The notes under the pieces are model-generated. The model was given only the letters and a program-made list of their open reading frames with translations, ran no database searches and was not told where the DNA came from. Shown piece by piece: positions 19,770 through 29,582 of a stretch of DNA of 64,000 bases. The first letter of the stretch is position 1, and every line of letters starts with the position of its first letter. The translations under genes and the position numbers were made by a program. The stretch covers positions 768,001 to 832,000 of the forward strand of contig OY762721.1 in NCBI GenBank assembly GCA_963666345.1. The letters are read 5' to 3'. This stretch comes from Desulfatiglandales bacterium (GTDB taxonomy: Bacteria; Desulfobacterota; DSM-4660; Desulfatiglandales; Desulfatiglandaceae).

Positions 19770-20291
19770 ATGAACATGTCACAGGTTTTGAGGACAATCG
19801 ACAAGGAGGGTGAAAGGTATTTACTCCTGCCCCTCTATGCCTTGATCGTCATAGTAATTTTTAGCGAGGTGATGCGCAGATTTGTCCTGAGCTATTCTTC
19901 CATATGGGCGGAAGAAGTGGCCCGATATGCCTTCATATACGTATCGTGGATCGGCGCCTCGGCAGCCATACGGGAACGGGCGCACATCAGGATTGATGTG
20001 ATATTTCAATTTGTCTCCGAGCGGGGCAAGGGAATTATCTTTATTTTCGGAGATATTGTCACCCTTGCCCTAGCGGTGACGGCATTTTACTGGTCCCTCC
20101 ACCCGGTTTTCACCTCACTCCATTTTGATTCGGTTACGCACGGCTTGAGAATCAGCCAGGCATGGTTTCTCGCTGCTGTACCCTTGGGGTTCGCGATGAT
20201 GACGATCCGCCTTATCCAATCCATCATAAGGGACGTATCCGATGTGAGGGCGAAAAGACCCGTATTCAAGGGCCAAAAGCTATTTGATTAG
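19770..20291 (+). CDS. hpsL: TRAP small permease (DctQ), HpsL-like
   Basis: W.EE.ARY, HIRID, four TM helices. Start ATG 19770 after GGGGAG. Confidence 0.85.
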   Translation: MNMSQVLRTIDKEGERYLLLPLYALIVIVIFSEVMRRFVLSYSSIWAEEVARYAFIYVSWIGASAAIRERAHIRIDVIFQFVSERGKGIIFIFGDIVTLALAVTAFYWSLHPVFTSLHFDSVTHGLRISQAWFLAAVPLGFAMMTIRLIQSIIRDVSDVRAKRPVFKGQKLFD

Positions 20292-20302
20292 GAGGTGACA
20301 CA

Positions 20303-21616
20303 GTGCTGCAACAATATTTGATGCATCAACAGGATCTCACCCTCGGATGGGACTTTTATTTACCTTTGATTGCGATGGTTGTTCTTATTGCACTGGCCGC
20401 CAGGATCTGGGTGGTGGTTGGTGTAGGCTCGCTGGCAATGCTCCTGGCAACCGGCGTATTGCCCCCCACACTGATGGGCGAAGCCCTGTTCGACGGAATA
20501 GACTCCTTTGCGCTGATCGCGGTTCCCCTCTTCATCCTAACCGGAGACGTGCTGGTTCGAACGGGCCTGTCGAACAAGCTCCTTGATGTGGCGGAGGCGA
20601 CCATGGGCGCCCAGCGTTCAGGGTTGGGTACTTCTACGGTCTTGGGGTGCGGATTTTTTGCATGCATTTCCGGCTCCGACGCGGCGGATGCCGCAGCGAT
20701 CGGACGGATTACAATCCATCGCCTTGAGGAAAAAGGGTACCCCAAACCTTATGCCTGCGCCCTTGTTGCGGCAGGTGCATGCACAGGGATTCTTATTCCA
20801 CCTTCAATTTCCTACATCATAATCGGGCTGGTTTTAGGAATTTCAGCTTCCACCCTGTTTATGGCCGCAGCTATCCCTGGAGTATTAATTCTTTTGTCCA
20901 TCATGGTAACCAACGCAATAGTCAACCGCTTCAAAAGGTACGAAGATTCCAGTAGAGGCTTCAATTTCAAGTACTGGCTCAAGACCATATATGACGGCAA
21001 ATACGCACTGACTATTCCGATTATCATACTTGGGGGCATATACTCAGGCGTCTTCACTCCCACTGAGTCCGCTGCGGTAGCCGCAGCCATAACCATGATC
21101 ATCGGTTTTATCCAGAAAACCATCGGGCTGAAAGATATTCCCAAGATGCTGGAAACCTCAGCCAAGGTGAGCGGGGTGATTGTTCCCATCATTGCTATGT
21201 CCCTTCCCCTTGCACAGACCCTGGCCTCCCTGCAGGTGCCCCAGTATTTCGTGCATACCATGACTTCCCTCACGGAGAACCCCTACCTGATCATGCTGAT
21301 CATGCTGGGAGTTTTGATTATCGCCGGATGTATCATGGAGACCACGCCGAATATCGTGATCCTTGCACCTATTCTTTTGCCCCTGGCCCAGGAAATAGGC
21401 ATGGACGAGATTCATTTCTGTATCTTCTTTGTAACTGCATTGGGAATAGGGTTTATCACACCGCCGATGGGACTCAACCTGTTCGTGGTTTCGGGTGTTA
21501 CCCGTACGCCGGTTCTGTCCATCTCCCGTTATGCGGTGTACTTTGTAATCACCATGTTGATAGTGGAAATTATCATCATGACCGTGCCGTGGATTTCGCT
21601 GTGGCTGATACGCTGA
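20303..21616 (+). CDS. hpsM: TRAP large permease (DctM), HpsM-like
   Basis: LIAVPLFIL, ISGS, GILIPPS, FTPTE, GFITPPMGLNLFV. Confidence 0.9.
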   Translation: MLQQYLMHQQDLTLGWDFYLPLIAMVVLIALAARIWVVVGVGSLAMLLATGVLPPTLMGEALFDGIDSFALIAVPLFILTGDVLVRTGLSNKLLDVAEATMGAQRSGLGTSTVLGCGFFACISGSDAADAAAIGRITIHRLEEKGYPKPYACALVAAGACTGILIPPSISYIIIGLVLGISASTLFMAAAIPGVLILLSIMVTNAIVNRFKRYEDSSRGFNFKYWLKTIYDGKYALTIPIIILGGIYSGVFTPTESAAVAAAITMIIGFIQKTIGLKDIPKMLETSAKVSGVIVPIIAMSLPLAQTLASLQVPQYFVHTMTSLTENPYLIMLIMLGVLIIAGCIMETTPNIVILAPILLPLAQEIGMDEIHFCIFFVTALGIGFITPPMGLNLFVVSGVTRTPVLSISRYAVYFVITMLIVEIIIMTVPWISLWLIR

Positions 21617-21666
21617 TGGTTGAAAAATAAACAGATAACTAAAATTAATAACAGGAGAAAAGAAAA

Positions 21667-23547
21667 ATGCCATACGGATATAACGGACGCATACTGCATG
21701 TAAACTTAAGCAAAGGCAAATGGGAGATAGAGGAGCCTGATGAGACCTTTTACAGGGCCTATGTAGGGGGATCAAATTTTGCGGGCTATTATCTGTTAAA
21801 GCATATTAAACCGGGCATAGATCCTCTGTCAGATGAAAATGTCCTTGTCTTTGCATGCAGTGCGGTCACAGGGGCCCCCCTTTCAGGATTCAGCAGGTAC
21901 ACGGTAGCGGCCAAGTCACCGCTGACAGGGGGCTTTGGTGAATCAGAGGCTGGAGGCTACTTCGGCCCTGAGCTCAAATTTGCAGGCTTTGACGCCATCG
22001 TTATAACCGGTAAGGCTCAAGGCCCGGTATACCTATGGATAAAAGACGGGGAGGTGGAGATACGGGACGCATCTCGTCTGTGGGGAAAGGACAACTGGGT
22101 TACCCTTGAGAAGATCTGCGAGGAAAATGAAGACAAGAGGATAAGGGTTGCCTCCATAGGTCCGGCAGGTGAGAGAATGATCCCGTTTGCCAATGTCCAG
22201 AACGACCTGGAGCATTTTAACGGCCGCACCGGCATGGGGGCCGTCATGGGCTCCAAGAACCTCAAGGCAGTAGCTGTGAGGGGAAAGAAGAAGATGGAGA
22301 TGGCGGATCCTGACAAGGTAAAGGAGTTTGCCAAATGGCATGTCAGCTTCCTTAAAAAGCATCCGCCCGCAGTGGGTCTGAGCAAATTCGGAACGACCGG
22401 ACTGGTAAAGCCTCTTAATGATTCAGGCATACTTCCCACCAGGAATTTCAAGGAAGGTGTATTTGAGGGGGCGGACAAGATCGATGCCGATGCCTACCAG
22501 AAGGAGATTTTCCATTCTTCGGGCACCTGCTACGCCTGTGCCGTGAGGTGCAAGAGAAGGGTTGAATCGGACAGCGAGAAATACCCGCTTGACAAACGTT
22601 TCGGCGGCCCTGAATACGAGACCCTTGCATCGCTTGGCTCCCTTATCGGAAACGACAACCTGCTGGCGATAGCGCGCGGAAACCAGATCTGCAACCTTAT
22701 GGGCATGGATACGATCTCGGCGGGATGTGCCATAGCCTTTGCAATGGAGTGCTTTGAAAACGGAGTGCTTACGGAAGAAGACACCGGAGGCAGGGCCATA
22801 CCCTTTGGAGACGGGGATGCAATGATCTGGTTGCTTGAGGAGATCGTTAATCAGAGGGGGATAGGCAAGGTTCTTTCTAAGGGGGTAAAGAGGGCGGCAG
22901 AGGAGATCGGCAGGGGAGCCGAGAAGTATGCCCTTCACATAAAGGGTCAGGAGATGGCCTGTCATGACGGAAGGGGTAAGACCGGTATGGCCATGGGATT
23001 TGCGCTTTCCCCTACGGGCGCGGATCATGTGGAAACGCCCCATGACTCAGCCTTTGCAGCAAGCCCGGGGAACCTGATGCCGCTGGGGATGCTTGAACCG
23101 ATCGACCCCTTTGCCGTTGATGAGTCCAAGGTAAGGTTCTTTGTGCTCGGACAGAAGGCATGGGGACTCAATAACTGCTACGGGTTGTGTAATTTTGCCT
23201 CTGTTCCGCTTCATGGGAATACATTTCCAAAGCTTGTAGAGGCTATAACCGCAATAACGGGATGGGATACCAGCCTCCTTGAGATATTCAAGGTGGCTGA
23301 AAGATCAAATGTAATGGCCAGGATCTTTAATAACAGGGAAGGCTTCGGCCCTGAGGACGACAGGCTGGTGAACCGCTGGCACGAACAGATGCCTGCTGGT
23401 CCGATCAAGGGGCAGTATATCGATAAACAGGATTTTAGAAAGGCCATTGATCTGTACTATGAGATGTCGGGCTGGGATGAGGATGGAAGGCCTAAAAGGT
23501 CAAAACTGATCGAGCTCAACCTGGAATGGCTCATGGAAGATAATTGA
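21667..23547 (+). CDS. Aldehyde:ferredoxin oxidoreductase (W/Mo bis-pterin AOR family)
   Basis: KSPLTGG, GRTGMGAVMGSKNLKA, CYAC..RC, PEYET, DTIS, GADH. Confidence 0.93.
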   Translation: MPYGYNGRILHVNLSKGKWEIEEPDETFYRAYVGGSNFAGYYLLKHIKPGIDPLSDENVLVFACSAVTGAPLSGFSRYTVAAKSPLTGGFGESEAGGYFGPELKFAGFDAIVITGKAQGPVYLWIKDGEVEIRDASRLWGKDNWVTLEKICEENEDKRIRVASIGPAGERMIPFANVQNDLEHFNGRTGMGAVMGSKNLKAVAVRGKKKMEMADPDKVKEFAKWHVSFLKKHPPAVGLSKFGTTGLVKPLNDSGILPTRNFKEGVFEGADKIDADAYQKEIFHSSGTCYACAVRCKRRVESDSEKYPLDKRFGGPEYETLASLGSLIGNDNLLAIARGNQICNLMGMDTISAGCAIAFAMECFENGVLTEEDTGGRAIPFGDGDAMIWLLEEIVNQRGIGKVLSKGVKRAAEEIGRGAEKYALHIKGQEMACHDGRGKTGMAMGFALSPTGADHVETPHDSAFAASPGNLMPLGMLEPIDPFAVDESKVRFFVLGQKAWGLNNCYGLCNFASVPLHGNTFPKLVEAITAITGWDTSLLEIFKVAERSNVMARIFNNREGFGPEDDRLVNRWHEQMPAGPIKGQYIDKQDFRKAIDLYYEMSGWDEDGRPKRSKLIELNLEWLMEDN

Positions 23548-23600
23548 TCGGAGTCTGAATCAGTAAAGATAAACGAATAAAACACAAGGGAGGAACAGAT

Positions 23601-24461
23601 ATGTTATTCGGAATTGTTGGAGTCGGAAATATGGGAGGCGGCATTGCCAGAAACCTTATCAGGGCCGGGAAAGATCTACTTATCTATGACATAAATGAAG
23701 AGGCCGCGGCGAAGGTGGCTGAAACAGGACCGACAGGCAAGGTTGCCAAAGGCGTAGATGAATTGGCCGCAGCAGATGTCGTCTTCACAAGCCTTCCCCT
23801 TCCCCAGCATATTGAAGGTGTAATGCTCGGGGATGACGGACTGTTAAACAAGATGAAGAAGGGCTCCACCTATATAGAGGTAAGCACTATCGATCCCAAG
23901 TCAGCCAGAAAACTTTCTGATGCCTGCGATGAAAAAGGGATAGATTTTCTGGAATGTCCTCTGGGCAAGACACCTGCGGCAACGGAAAAGGCGGAAGAAC
24001 CCATCTTTGTAGGCGGAAAAAAAGAGGTATTTGAAAAAATGAAGGACCTGCTCGACATACTAGGATCTGATGCCTACTACATGGGAGAGGTGGAGGCATC
24101 AAGCGCCTTCAAACTCATAAGCAACATGATAGGGATGACCAACCTAGCCGTGCTCGCAGAAGGAATCAGGATCGGAGAAAAGGCCGGCATCGACAAGAAG
24201 ATGCTCATAGAACTTCTGGACGATACAGGCGCCAAGAGCTTCCAGATGGATGTAAGAGGCCCCTGGATAGTTAATGGGGACTTCCAGAATCGCTTCGGAC
24301 TCGATCTCGCCTTAAAGGATGTCAGGCTTGGCTGTGAAATGGCCGACGCCTGGGGAAACGATGCAACTACCATGAAGGTGGCCCTCGACTATTTCAAGAA
24401 GGCAAGTTCCGAAGGCCTAGGAAAAGATGACTGTAACGCGATCTATAAGATAATCAAATAG
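23601..24461 (+). CDS. Beta-hydroxyacid dehydrogenase family, YihU/DhpA-like (putative DHPS dehydrogenase / sulfolactaldehyde reductase)
   Basis: GVGNMG Rossmann motif, catalytic K in FKLISN, ECPLGKT in place of the canonical DAPVSGG. Confidence 0.8.
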   Translation: MLFGIVGVGNMGGGIARNLIRAGKDLLIYDINEEAAAKVAETGPTGKVAKGVDELAAADVVFTSLPLPQHIEGVMLGDDGLLNKMKKGSTYIEVSTIDPKSARKLSDACDEKGIDFLECPLGKTPAATEKAEEPIFVGGKKEVFEKMKDLLDILGSDAYYMGEVEASSAFKLISNMIGMTNLAVLAEGIRIGEKAGIDKKMLIELLDDTGAKSFQMDVRGPWIVNGDFQNRFGLDLALKDVRLGCEMADAWGNDATTMKVALDYFKKASSEGLGKDDCNAIYKIIK

Positions 24462-24573
24462 TATTATTGCACGAATCTGTTTTTCGATCGTCAGGAAAAA
24501 CGCGTCAGAGTCATACAGTTTGCAAAGGCCTTCCCCGGAATCGTCGGCCTGTATCTCGAATCCGGACATACCC

Positions 24574-24618
24574 GCCCGATATTAGGCTTTGAAACTTAAC
24601 CCAAGCCTAATATTGGGC
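24574..24618. promoter_or_regulatory. Paired upstream activator boxes of suyAB
   Basis: GCCCGATATTAGGC (24574-24587) and GCCTAATATTGGGC (24605-24618). Confidence 0.8.
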
Positions 24619-24693
24619 ATTTACTTAATCCTCTTTATCATCTATATTGTATAAGGACATAAAATACAGGATGTTAAGGAAAGCAGGCTCAAC

Positions 24694-24708
24694 TGGCATG
24701 AATGTTGC
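24694..24708 (+). promoter_or_regulatory. Sigma-54 (-24/-12) promoter of suyAB
   Basis: TGGCATGAATGTTGC, close to TGGCAC-N5-TTGC. Confidence 0.8.
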
Positions 24709-24963
24709 CTTTCAATTTATCCGTAAGCATATATTGCCGGTGAGCAATGGTATAAATTTTACTTGGTTTTGCGTTCAGCGACTTTTTAATTAAGACATTG
24801 TTTATATCCAAGGTCGATGCGTTCGTAAAAAGTCAAATTTCGACTACTTATGATAGATACCGCAGTTTCCATATCGAAACAGATAGCAGGTATCCGGTAG
24901 TATTGTGTAAGATTTTATTTTTATCAATCCAAGCAAACACTAACAATTAATGGAGGAGAAAAA

Positions 24964-25242
24964 ATGACGGATTTTTTGATTCATGAAAAGGCTGACACCG
25001 TAGGTGTGGCCACTGTTGACATCAAGGCCGGTGAAACGGCTGAGGGTCTTTACATGGACACCCAGGAAAAAATCACAAAAAAGGCGCTTCAGGACATACC
25101 TCTTGGCCACAAGATCGCACTGAGGGACCACAAGGTGGACGAAGGCGTGATCAAATACGGTCATGACATCGGCAGGGTGGTTGCCGACTTCAAGGATGGA
25201 GAACATGTCCACATTCACAATCTGAAGACCAGGAGGTGGTAA
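24964..25242 (+). CDS. suyA: Sulfolactate sulfo-lyase small subunit (SAF domain)
   Basis: [41 protein letters not shown]. Confidence 0.85.
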   Translation: MTDFLIHEKADTVGVATVDIKAGETAEGLYMDTQEKITKKALQDIPLGHKIALRDHKVDEGVIKYGHDIGRVVADFKDGEHVHIHNLKTRRW

Positions 25243-25244
25243 GA

Positions 25245-26408
25245 ATGAGTAATCGTAAAGTATTAGGGTATCGAAGAGAAAACGGTCGCGTCGGGATCCG
25301 CAACCATGTCGCAATTCTTCCCCTGGACGATCTGTCCAATGCGGCATGCGAGGCGGTGGCAAACAATATAAAGGGAACCAGGGCACTGCCCCACCCATAC
25401 GGCAGGCTGCAGTTCGGTGAGGATCTTGAGCTGTTTTTCCGCACAATGATAGGCACCGGCTCAAACCCCAATGTAGCTGCCGTCGTTGTAATAGGCATAG
25501 AACCTGAATGGACGAACAGGATAGTGGAAGGAATAAGAAAGACCGGAAAGCCTGCCGAAGGCTTTTCAATTGAGCGTACCGGCGATATCGGCACCATTGC
25601 AAAGGCATCCTGGAAGGCCAAAGAATTCGTCCACTGGGCCTCCGAGCTGAGAAGAGAGGAAGTAGACCTGTCCGAGATCTGGGTATCGGTAAAGTGCGGA
25701 GAGTCCGACACTACTTCAGGCCTCGCATCCAACCCTACGGTTGGAAACGCGATCGACAAGCTGGTGGAAATGGGCGCAACCTGCTCCTTCGGGGAGACCT
25801 CCGAGATCACCGGCGCAGAGGATGTGTGCCAGGCAAGGGCAGCCACGCCGGAGCTTGGTGAGGCCTTCATGAAGATTTGGAACGACTATAATGATTTCAT
25901 AAACGAAAACAAGACGGACGACCTCTCAGGCTCCCAGCCCACCAAGGGAAACATCAGGGGCGGGCTGACCACGATCGAAGAAAAAGCCTTCGGAAACCTC
26001 CAGAAGATCGGCAAGAAGTCCAACTACGTAGGGGTTCTTGGGCCGGCAGAGGCACCAACAGGCCCAGGCCTCTGGTTTATGGACACCTCATCGGCGGCGG
26101 CCGAGGCGGTCACCCTCTGGATGGCGGCAGGCTTCGTATGCCATTTCTTCCCCACCGGTCAGGGTAATATCATCGGCAACCCGATTGAGCCGGTGATCAA
26201 GCTTTCAGCCAATCCGCTGACGGTTTCCACCATGGTCGAGCATATCGATTATGACTGCTCAGGCATACTTCGCGGTGAGATGACACTGGATGAATCCGGG
26301 GATAACCTGCTTAACATGCTTGAGAGGACCTGTAACGGCAGAAGAACTTCTCAGGAGGTACTGGGACATTTCGAATACGTGCTCACCAAACTGTACAGAA
26401 GCGCGTAA
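25245..26408 (+). CDS. suyB: Sulfolactate sulfo-lyase large subunit (UxaA family)
   Basis: [53 protein letters not shown]-terminal KLYRSA, all characteristic of SuyB. Confidence 0.88.
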   Translation: MSNRKVLGYRRENGRVGIRNHVAILPLDDLSNAACEAVANNIKGTRALPHPYGRLQFGEDLELFFRTMIGTGSNPNVAAVVVIGIEPEWTNRIVEGIRKTGKPAEGFSIERTGDIGTIAKASWKAKEFVHWASELRREEVDLSEIWVSVKCGESDTTSGLASNPTVGNAIDKLVEMGATCSFGETSEITGAEDVCQARAATPELGEAFMKIWNDYNDFINENKTDDLSGSQPTKGNIRGGLTTIEEKAFGNLQKIGKKSNYVGVLGPAEAPTGPGLWFMDTSSAAAEAVTLWMAAGFVCHFFPTGQGNIIGNPIEPVIKLSANPLTVSTMVEHIDYDCSGILRGEMTLDESGDNLLNMLERTCNGRRTSQEVLGHFEYVLTKLYRSA

Positions 26409-26424
26409 GATCTATCTGTTTAGA

Positions 26425-26451
26425 CAATGCGGGGGAATTTCTCCCGCATTG
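26425..26451. terminator. Hairpin between convergent suyB and gntR
   Basis: CAATGCGGGGGAATTTCTCCCGCATTG. Confidence 0.6.
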
Positions 26452-26612
26452 AAACTGAAGCATCGCCTCTCGTCACCTCCTGTCTGCATATGAGTTATGG
26501 TAAGGGTTAAGTTACACGGTTTACAAGATGCCTTGCATCATGGGCCGGTGCGGGATCTGTTATTGAAAAATATATACCTGTAATTGTAAGGGAGGGGATA
26601 ACCGACCAGGAT

Positions 26613-27323
26613 CTAGAAACTGTCGATATCCCATGCATTTTTCAGGTCATCGTAGACGCTTGCGAGATGAAGTTCCATGGCTCTTTTGGCACCCTGTACG
26701 TCATGCTCGCGGATTGCATCAATGGTTGCCTTATGCTGGCGTGCAGACTCAAGTATCCTGCCCGGAATCGAGTGCGTATGCTTGCTGAATGCGGCAAGAT
26801 AGGTAAGGAGGCTCTGCATCAGATCTACTATTATTGTATTTTTTGATATCCTGGCGACACATAGATGAAACTTCCGGTCCAGTTCACCGAACCTGACAAG
26901 GTTGTTTTCCTCCAGCAATATCTTATTTGTTTCTTCGGCAAGAAGGTTCAACTCAGTGATATCCGATTCCTCGCAATTCGCTGCAGCCCATCCGGCAGTG
27001 GAGGTTTCCAGCACTTCTCTAACCTGAAACAGATTCTTGGCCAGATGGCGATTCAGAGTAAGGAGACTTGAAAGCTGACGTGCAACCGTTTCCCCGTTGA
27101 CATCAGCGACAAAGATTCCTGATCGATGCTTTACCTGTAAAATTCCCAGCCCGTTCAAAGTGTTTACAGCATCACGAATAACAGTGCGACTTATATTGAA
27201 ATCGGTCGCCATCTTCCTCTCAGGGGGAAGCCTGTCGCCAGCCTTTAACCGGTGCTGAATTATGTATTTCTCTATTCTACCTACTGCCTGATCTTTGAGG
27301 GACCTTGTTTTTTCCGTGGGCAT
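26613..27323 (-). CDS. GntR/FadR-family transcriptional regulator
   Basis: GDRLPPER..A..FNISRTVIRDA wHTH plus FCD domain (DRKFH, QH, MELHL). Confidence 0.92.
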   Translation of the reverse strand: MPTEKTRSLKDQAVGRIEKYIIQHRLKAGDRLPPERKMATDFNISRTVIRDAVNTLNGLGILQVKHRSGIFVADVNGETVARQLSSLLTLNRHLAKNLFQVREVLETSTAGWAAANCEESDITELNLLAEETNKILLEENNLVRFGELDRKFHLCVARISKNTIIVDLMQSLLTYLAAFSKHTHSIPGRILESARQHKATIDAIREHDVQGAKRAMELHLASVYDDLKNAWDIDSF

Positions 27324-27657
27324 GGTTTTCTCGCAAATGAAATATTGAATCGATTTTTATCGTCTCTAAGGTACGCCGTATAGTTAGCAGAAGATAGTGC
27401 ACCCCGCATTTTCTAGACCAACTGAGCTTACACATTCTGTCTATTTTGGTATACCGCATAGGGCTAGCAGCAAGTTTCTTCACTGTCAAGTCGGTTTTAC
27501 GGAATCTTCTGTTTCAACAGGCTGATTTTATTGTCTTCATGCTCCTTTAATAGTACAACTAATTGAAAATACTATTCAATATAATACGATATAAAATTTT
27601 ATGTTTGGCACCATTTTCACTTGACATGCATACCTGCAGTCTGTAAAGAATATTCAT

Positions 27658-27682
27658 TGGTAATACCATTTTGGTAGCACCA
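27658..27682. promoter_or_regulatory. Tandem FadR-type operators upstream of the sulfatase-like gene
   Basis: TGGTAATACCA (27658-27668) and TGGTAGCACCA (27672-27682) fit the TGGT-N3-ACCA consensus, downstream of TTGACA at 27621. Confidence 0.75.
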
Positions 27683-27752
27683 GATATTTATTTTAGATAA
27701 AGAGATCTTTTACAACCAAAAACATTATTTTATTTCGGGGGGAATAGATACA

Positions 27753-29294
27753 ATGCGTGTTATTCTTATTATATCAGATACCTTTAGGTATGATTTATTG
27801 GCAAAAGAGGGGAAAATGGCCGCCAGCACCCCGGAATTGGATCAACTTATCGAGGATTCGGTGTTTTTCGAACGTCATTACGCCGGAAGCTTCCCCACTG
27901 TTCCGCACCGGTTCGACATGTACACCGGGACATGCGGATTTCCTTACAGGGGATGGGAGATACTCGGACCTAAGGATATTACCCTTGGCGAAATTCTTAT
28001 GGACCACGGCTATATCACGCAACTTATTGCGGATACGGCCAACCTGCTGCGGCGCGGGATGAACTATGATCGCGGCTATCTGGGCTATTATCTTACACGC
28101 GGCCAGGAACGGGATATATACCTCACAAAAATGAACCGCCCTATTGAGTATGTTATTCCTCTTGCCAAGTCTCGCCACACAACCTACTTTCGCGACCACG
28201 CCCAGGTGGATATAGCCAGATGGATCAATGATGAGTGGCTGTGGGAAGAAGACCGCTTTGCGGCACGCACGTGTCAGGTGGCGGGGCGATGGCTTGAATC
28301 AAACTACAAGGAGGAGAACTTCTTTCTGCACCTTGACATGTTTGATCCACATGAGCCGTGGGATCCACCGGAATACTTTGTCGCAAAATATGCCGACCCT
28401 GAATATAAAGGCACACCCATGATGTATCCGAATTACGGCCCGGCCGATATATTTACCGAGGCTGAAATAGACAACATGTCGGCCCACTACAAGGCGGAAG
28501 CTGAAATGACCAGCAAGTGGATAGGCAATGTGATCCGTAAGATAAAAGATGTGGGCATATATGATGAAAGCCTTATCATTTTTGCTAGTGATCACGGCCT
28601 GTACCTGGGCGAGCATAATAGAACCGGTAAGCTTAACATCTCCAAAGATGACAAACGTGGGCCCTGGCCGCTCTATGAAGAGCTGATTCGCGTCCCGTTG
28701 GCCATAAAGATGCCGGGTAACAAACTGGCGGGGAAAAGAATAACTGAGATAGTGCAGCCCGTTGATCTGCTGCCGACTATTCTCGATATTGCAGGCATAT
28801 CGACTGATCAGAAGCTGCCGGCAAAAGCGCTTCTGCCTGATCGCGAAATCATAATGGAAAATCCCGGGATAATCCTAGGCCGCGAGAAAGGCCTGAATCC
28901 CCTTGACGGAAAATCTCTTGTTCCTCTCATGGAAAATGACGCGATTTCATGGGACCGCAGATACGCCTTTTCATCTCAGAAGGTTGGAAGGGTAGGAGGA
29001 CAGACATCAGGGCCTATGCCTGTGCTGCCTGAAGCAGAAGATACAGTAAACTGGATTACCGTTACAGGCAAGCAGCATGCACTGGTAATCGGAGGAAAGC
29101 GGGATGACCTCCCCGAGCTTTACGACCTTGAAAGTGACGGGCGGCAGGCAAATAATATCTTTTCCGAAAAAAGAGAACTTGCCCAGGAGATGGCTGGTGC
29201 CCTCTTCACCTATCTTGAACAGAACAACGTTGAAAGCGACCTTATAGATATTTATCGCACAAGGCTCGATATAGGTGACAAAACCGATGCCTAG
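27753..29294 (+). CDS. Sulfatase-like hydrolase (alkaline phosphatase superfamily) with Thr at the nucleophile position
   Basis: SDTFRYD, GSFPTVPHR...TG, DPHEPW, SDHG, LYEELIRVPL, DLLPTILD. Confidence 0.85.
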   Translation: MRVILIISDTFRYDLLAKEGKMAASTPELDQLIEDSVFFERHYAGSFPTVPHRFDMYTGTCGFPYRGWEILGPKDITLGEILMDHGYITQLIADTANLLRRGMNYDRGYLGYYLTRGQERDIYLTKMNRPIEYVIPLAKSRHTTYFRDHAQVDIARWINDEWLWEEDRFAARTCQVAGRWLESNYKEENFFLHLDMFDPHEPWDPPEYFVAKYADPEYKGTPMMYPNYGPADIFTEAEIDNMSAHYKAEAEMTSKWIGNVIRKIKDVGIYDESLIIFASDHGLYLGEHNRTGKLNISKDDKRGPWPLYEELIRVPLAIKMPGNKLAGKRITEIVQPVDLLPTILDIAGISTDQKLPAKALLPDREIIMENPGIILGREKGLNPLDGKSLVPLMENDAISWDRRYAFSSQKVGRVGGQTSGPMPVLPEAEDTVNWITVTGKQHALVIGGKRDDLPELYDLESDGRQANNIFSEKRELAQEMAGALFTYLEQNNVESDLIDIYRTRLDIGDKTDA

Positions 29295-29406
29295 GGCGTA
29301 AATACAATCAACTGACAGCGATTAATCGTTGATTACGGCCCTCGTAATAACCACATAATTCATGAAAAATGACACCAGCTCATGATTTTACATGTGAAAA
29401 ACTGAC

Positions 29407-29450
29407 GCCCAATAATAGGCACCCGGACGGGTCATTGCCTATTATTGGGC
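29407..29450. promoter_or_regulatory. Paired upstream activator boxes of larA-tctCAB
   Basis: GCCCAATAATAGGC (29407-29420) and its exact reverse complement GCCTATTATTGGGC (29437-29450). Confidence 0.82.
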
Positions 29451-29523
29451 TTTCTTTTCGGTTGTTTATCTGGTATCAAAACAAAAGATATACAATCACG
29501 CACATTTGCAAAGAAGTAGAATC

Positions 29524-29538
29524 TGGCACGTAAATTGC
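29524..29538 (+). promoter_or_regulatory. Sigma-54 promoter of larA
   Basis: TGGCACGTAAATTGC, a consensus match. Confidence 0.88.
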
Positions 29539-29582
29539 TGTATGTATTTTAGAAAAATTTTTTTTTGAAAGAGGCCTTTTTG

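Noticed and set aside
24816..24835. GATGCGTTCGTAAAAAGTC, resembling the end of a small dispersed repeat element
   Set aside because: Single short copy with no partner end in the window; cannot be supported without a genome-wide search.
24940..25870. Long antisense ORFs (222 and 226 aa) opposite suyAB, and similar ones opposite other genes
   Set aside because: No recognisable motifs or RBS; consistent with antisense shadows of real genes.
24964..26408. Altronate or galactarate dehydratase assignment
   Set aside because: The split two-gene layout, SuyB-type motifs and sulfonate context favour SuyAB.
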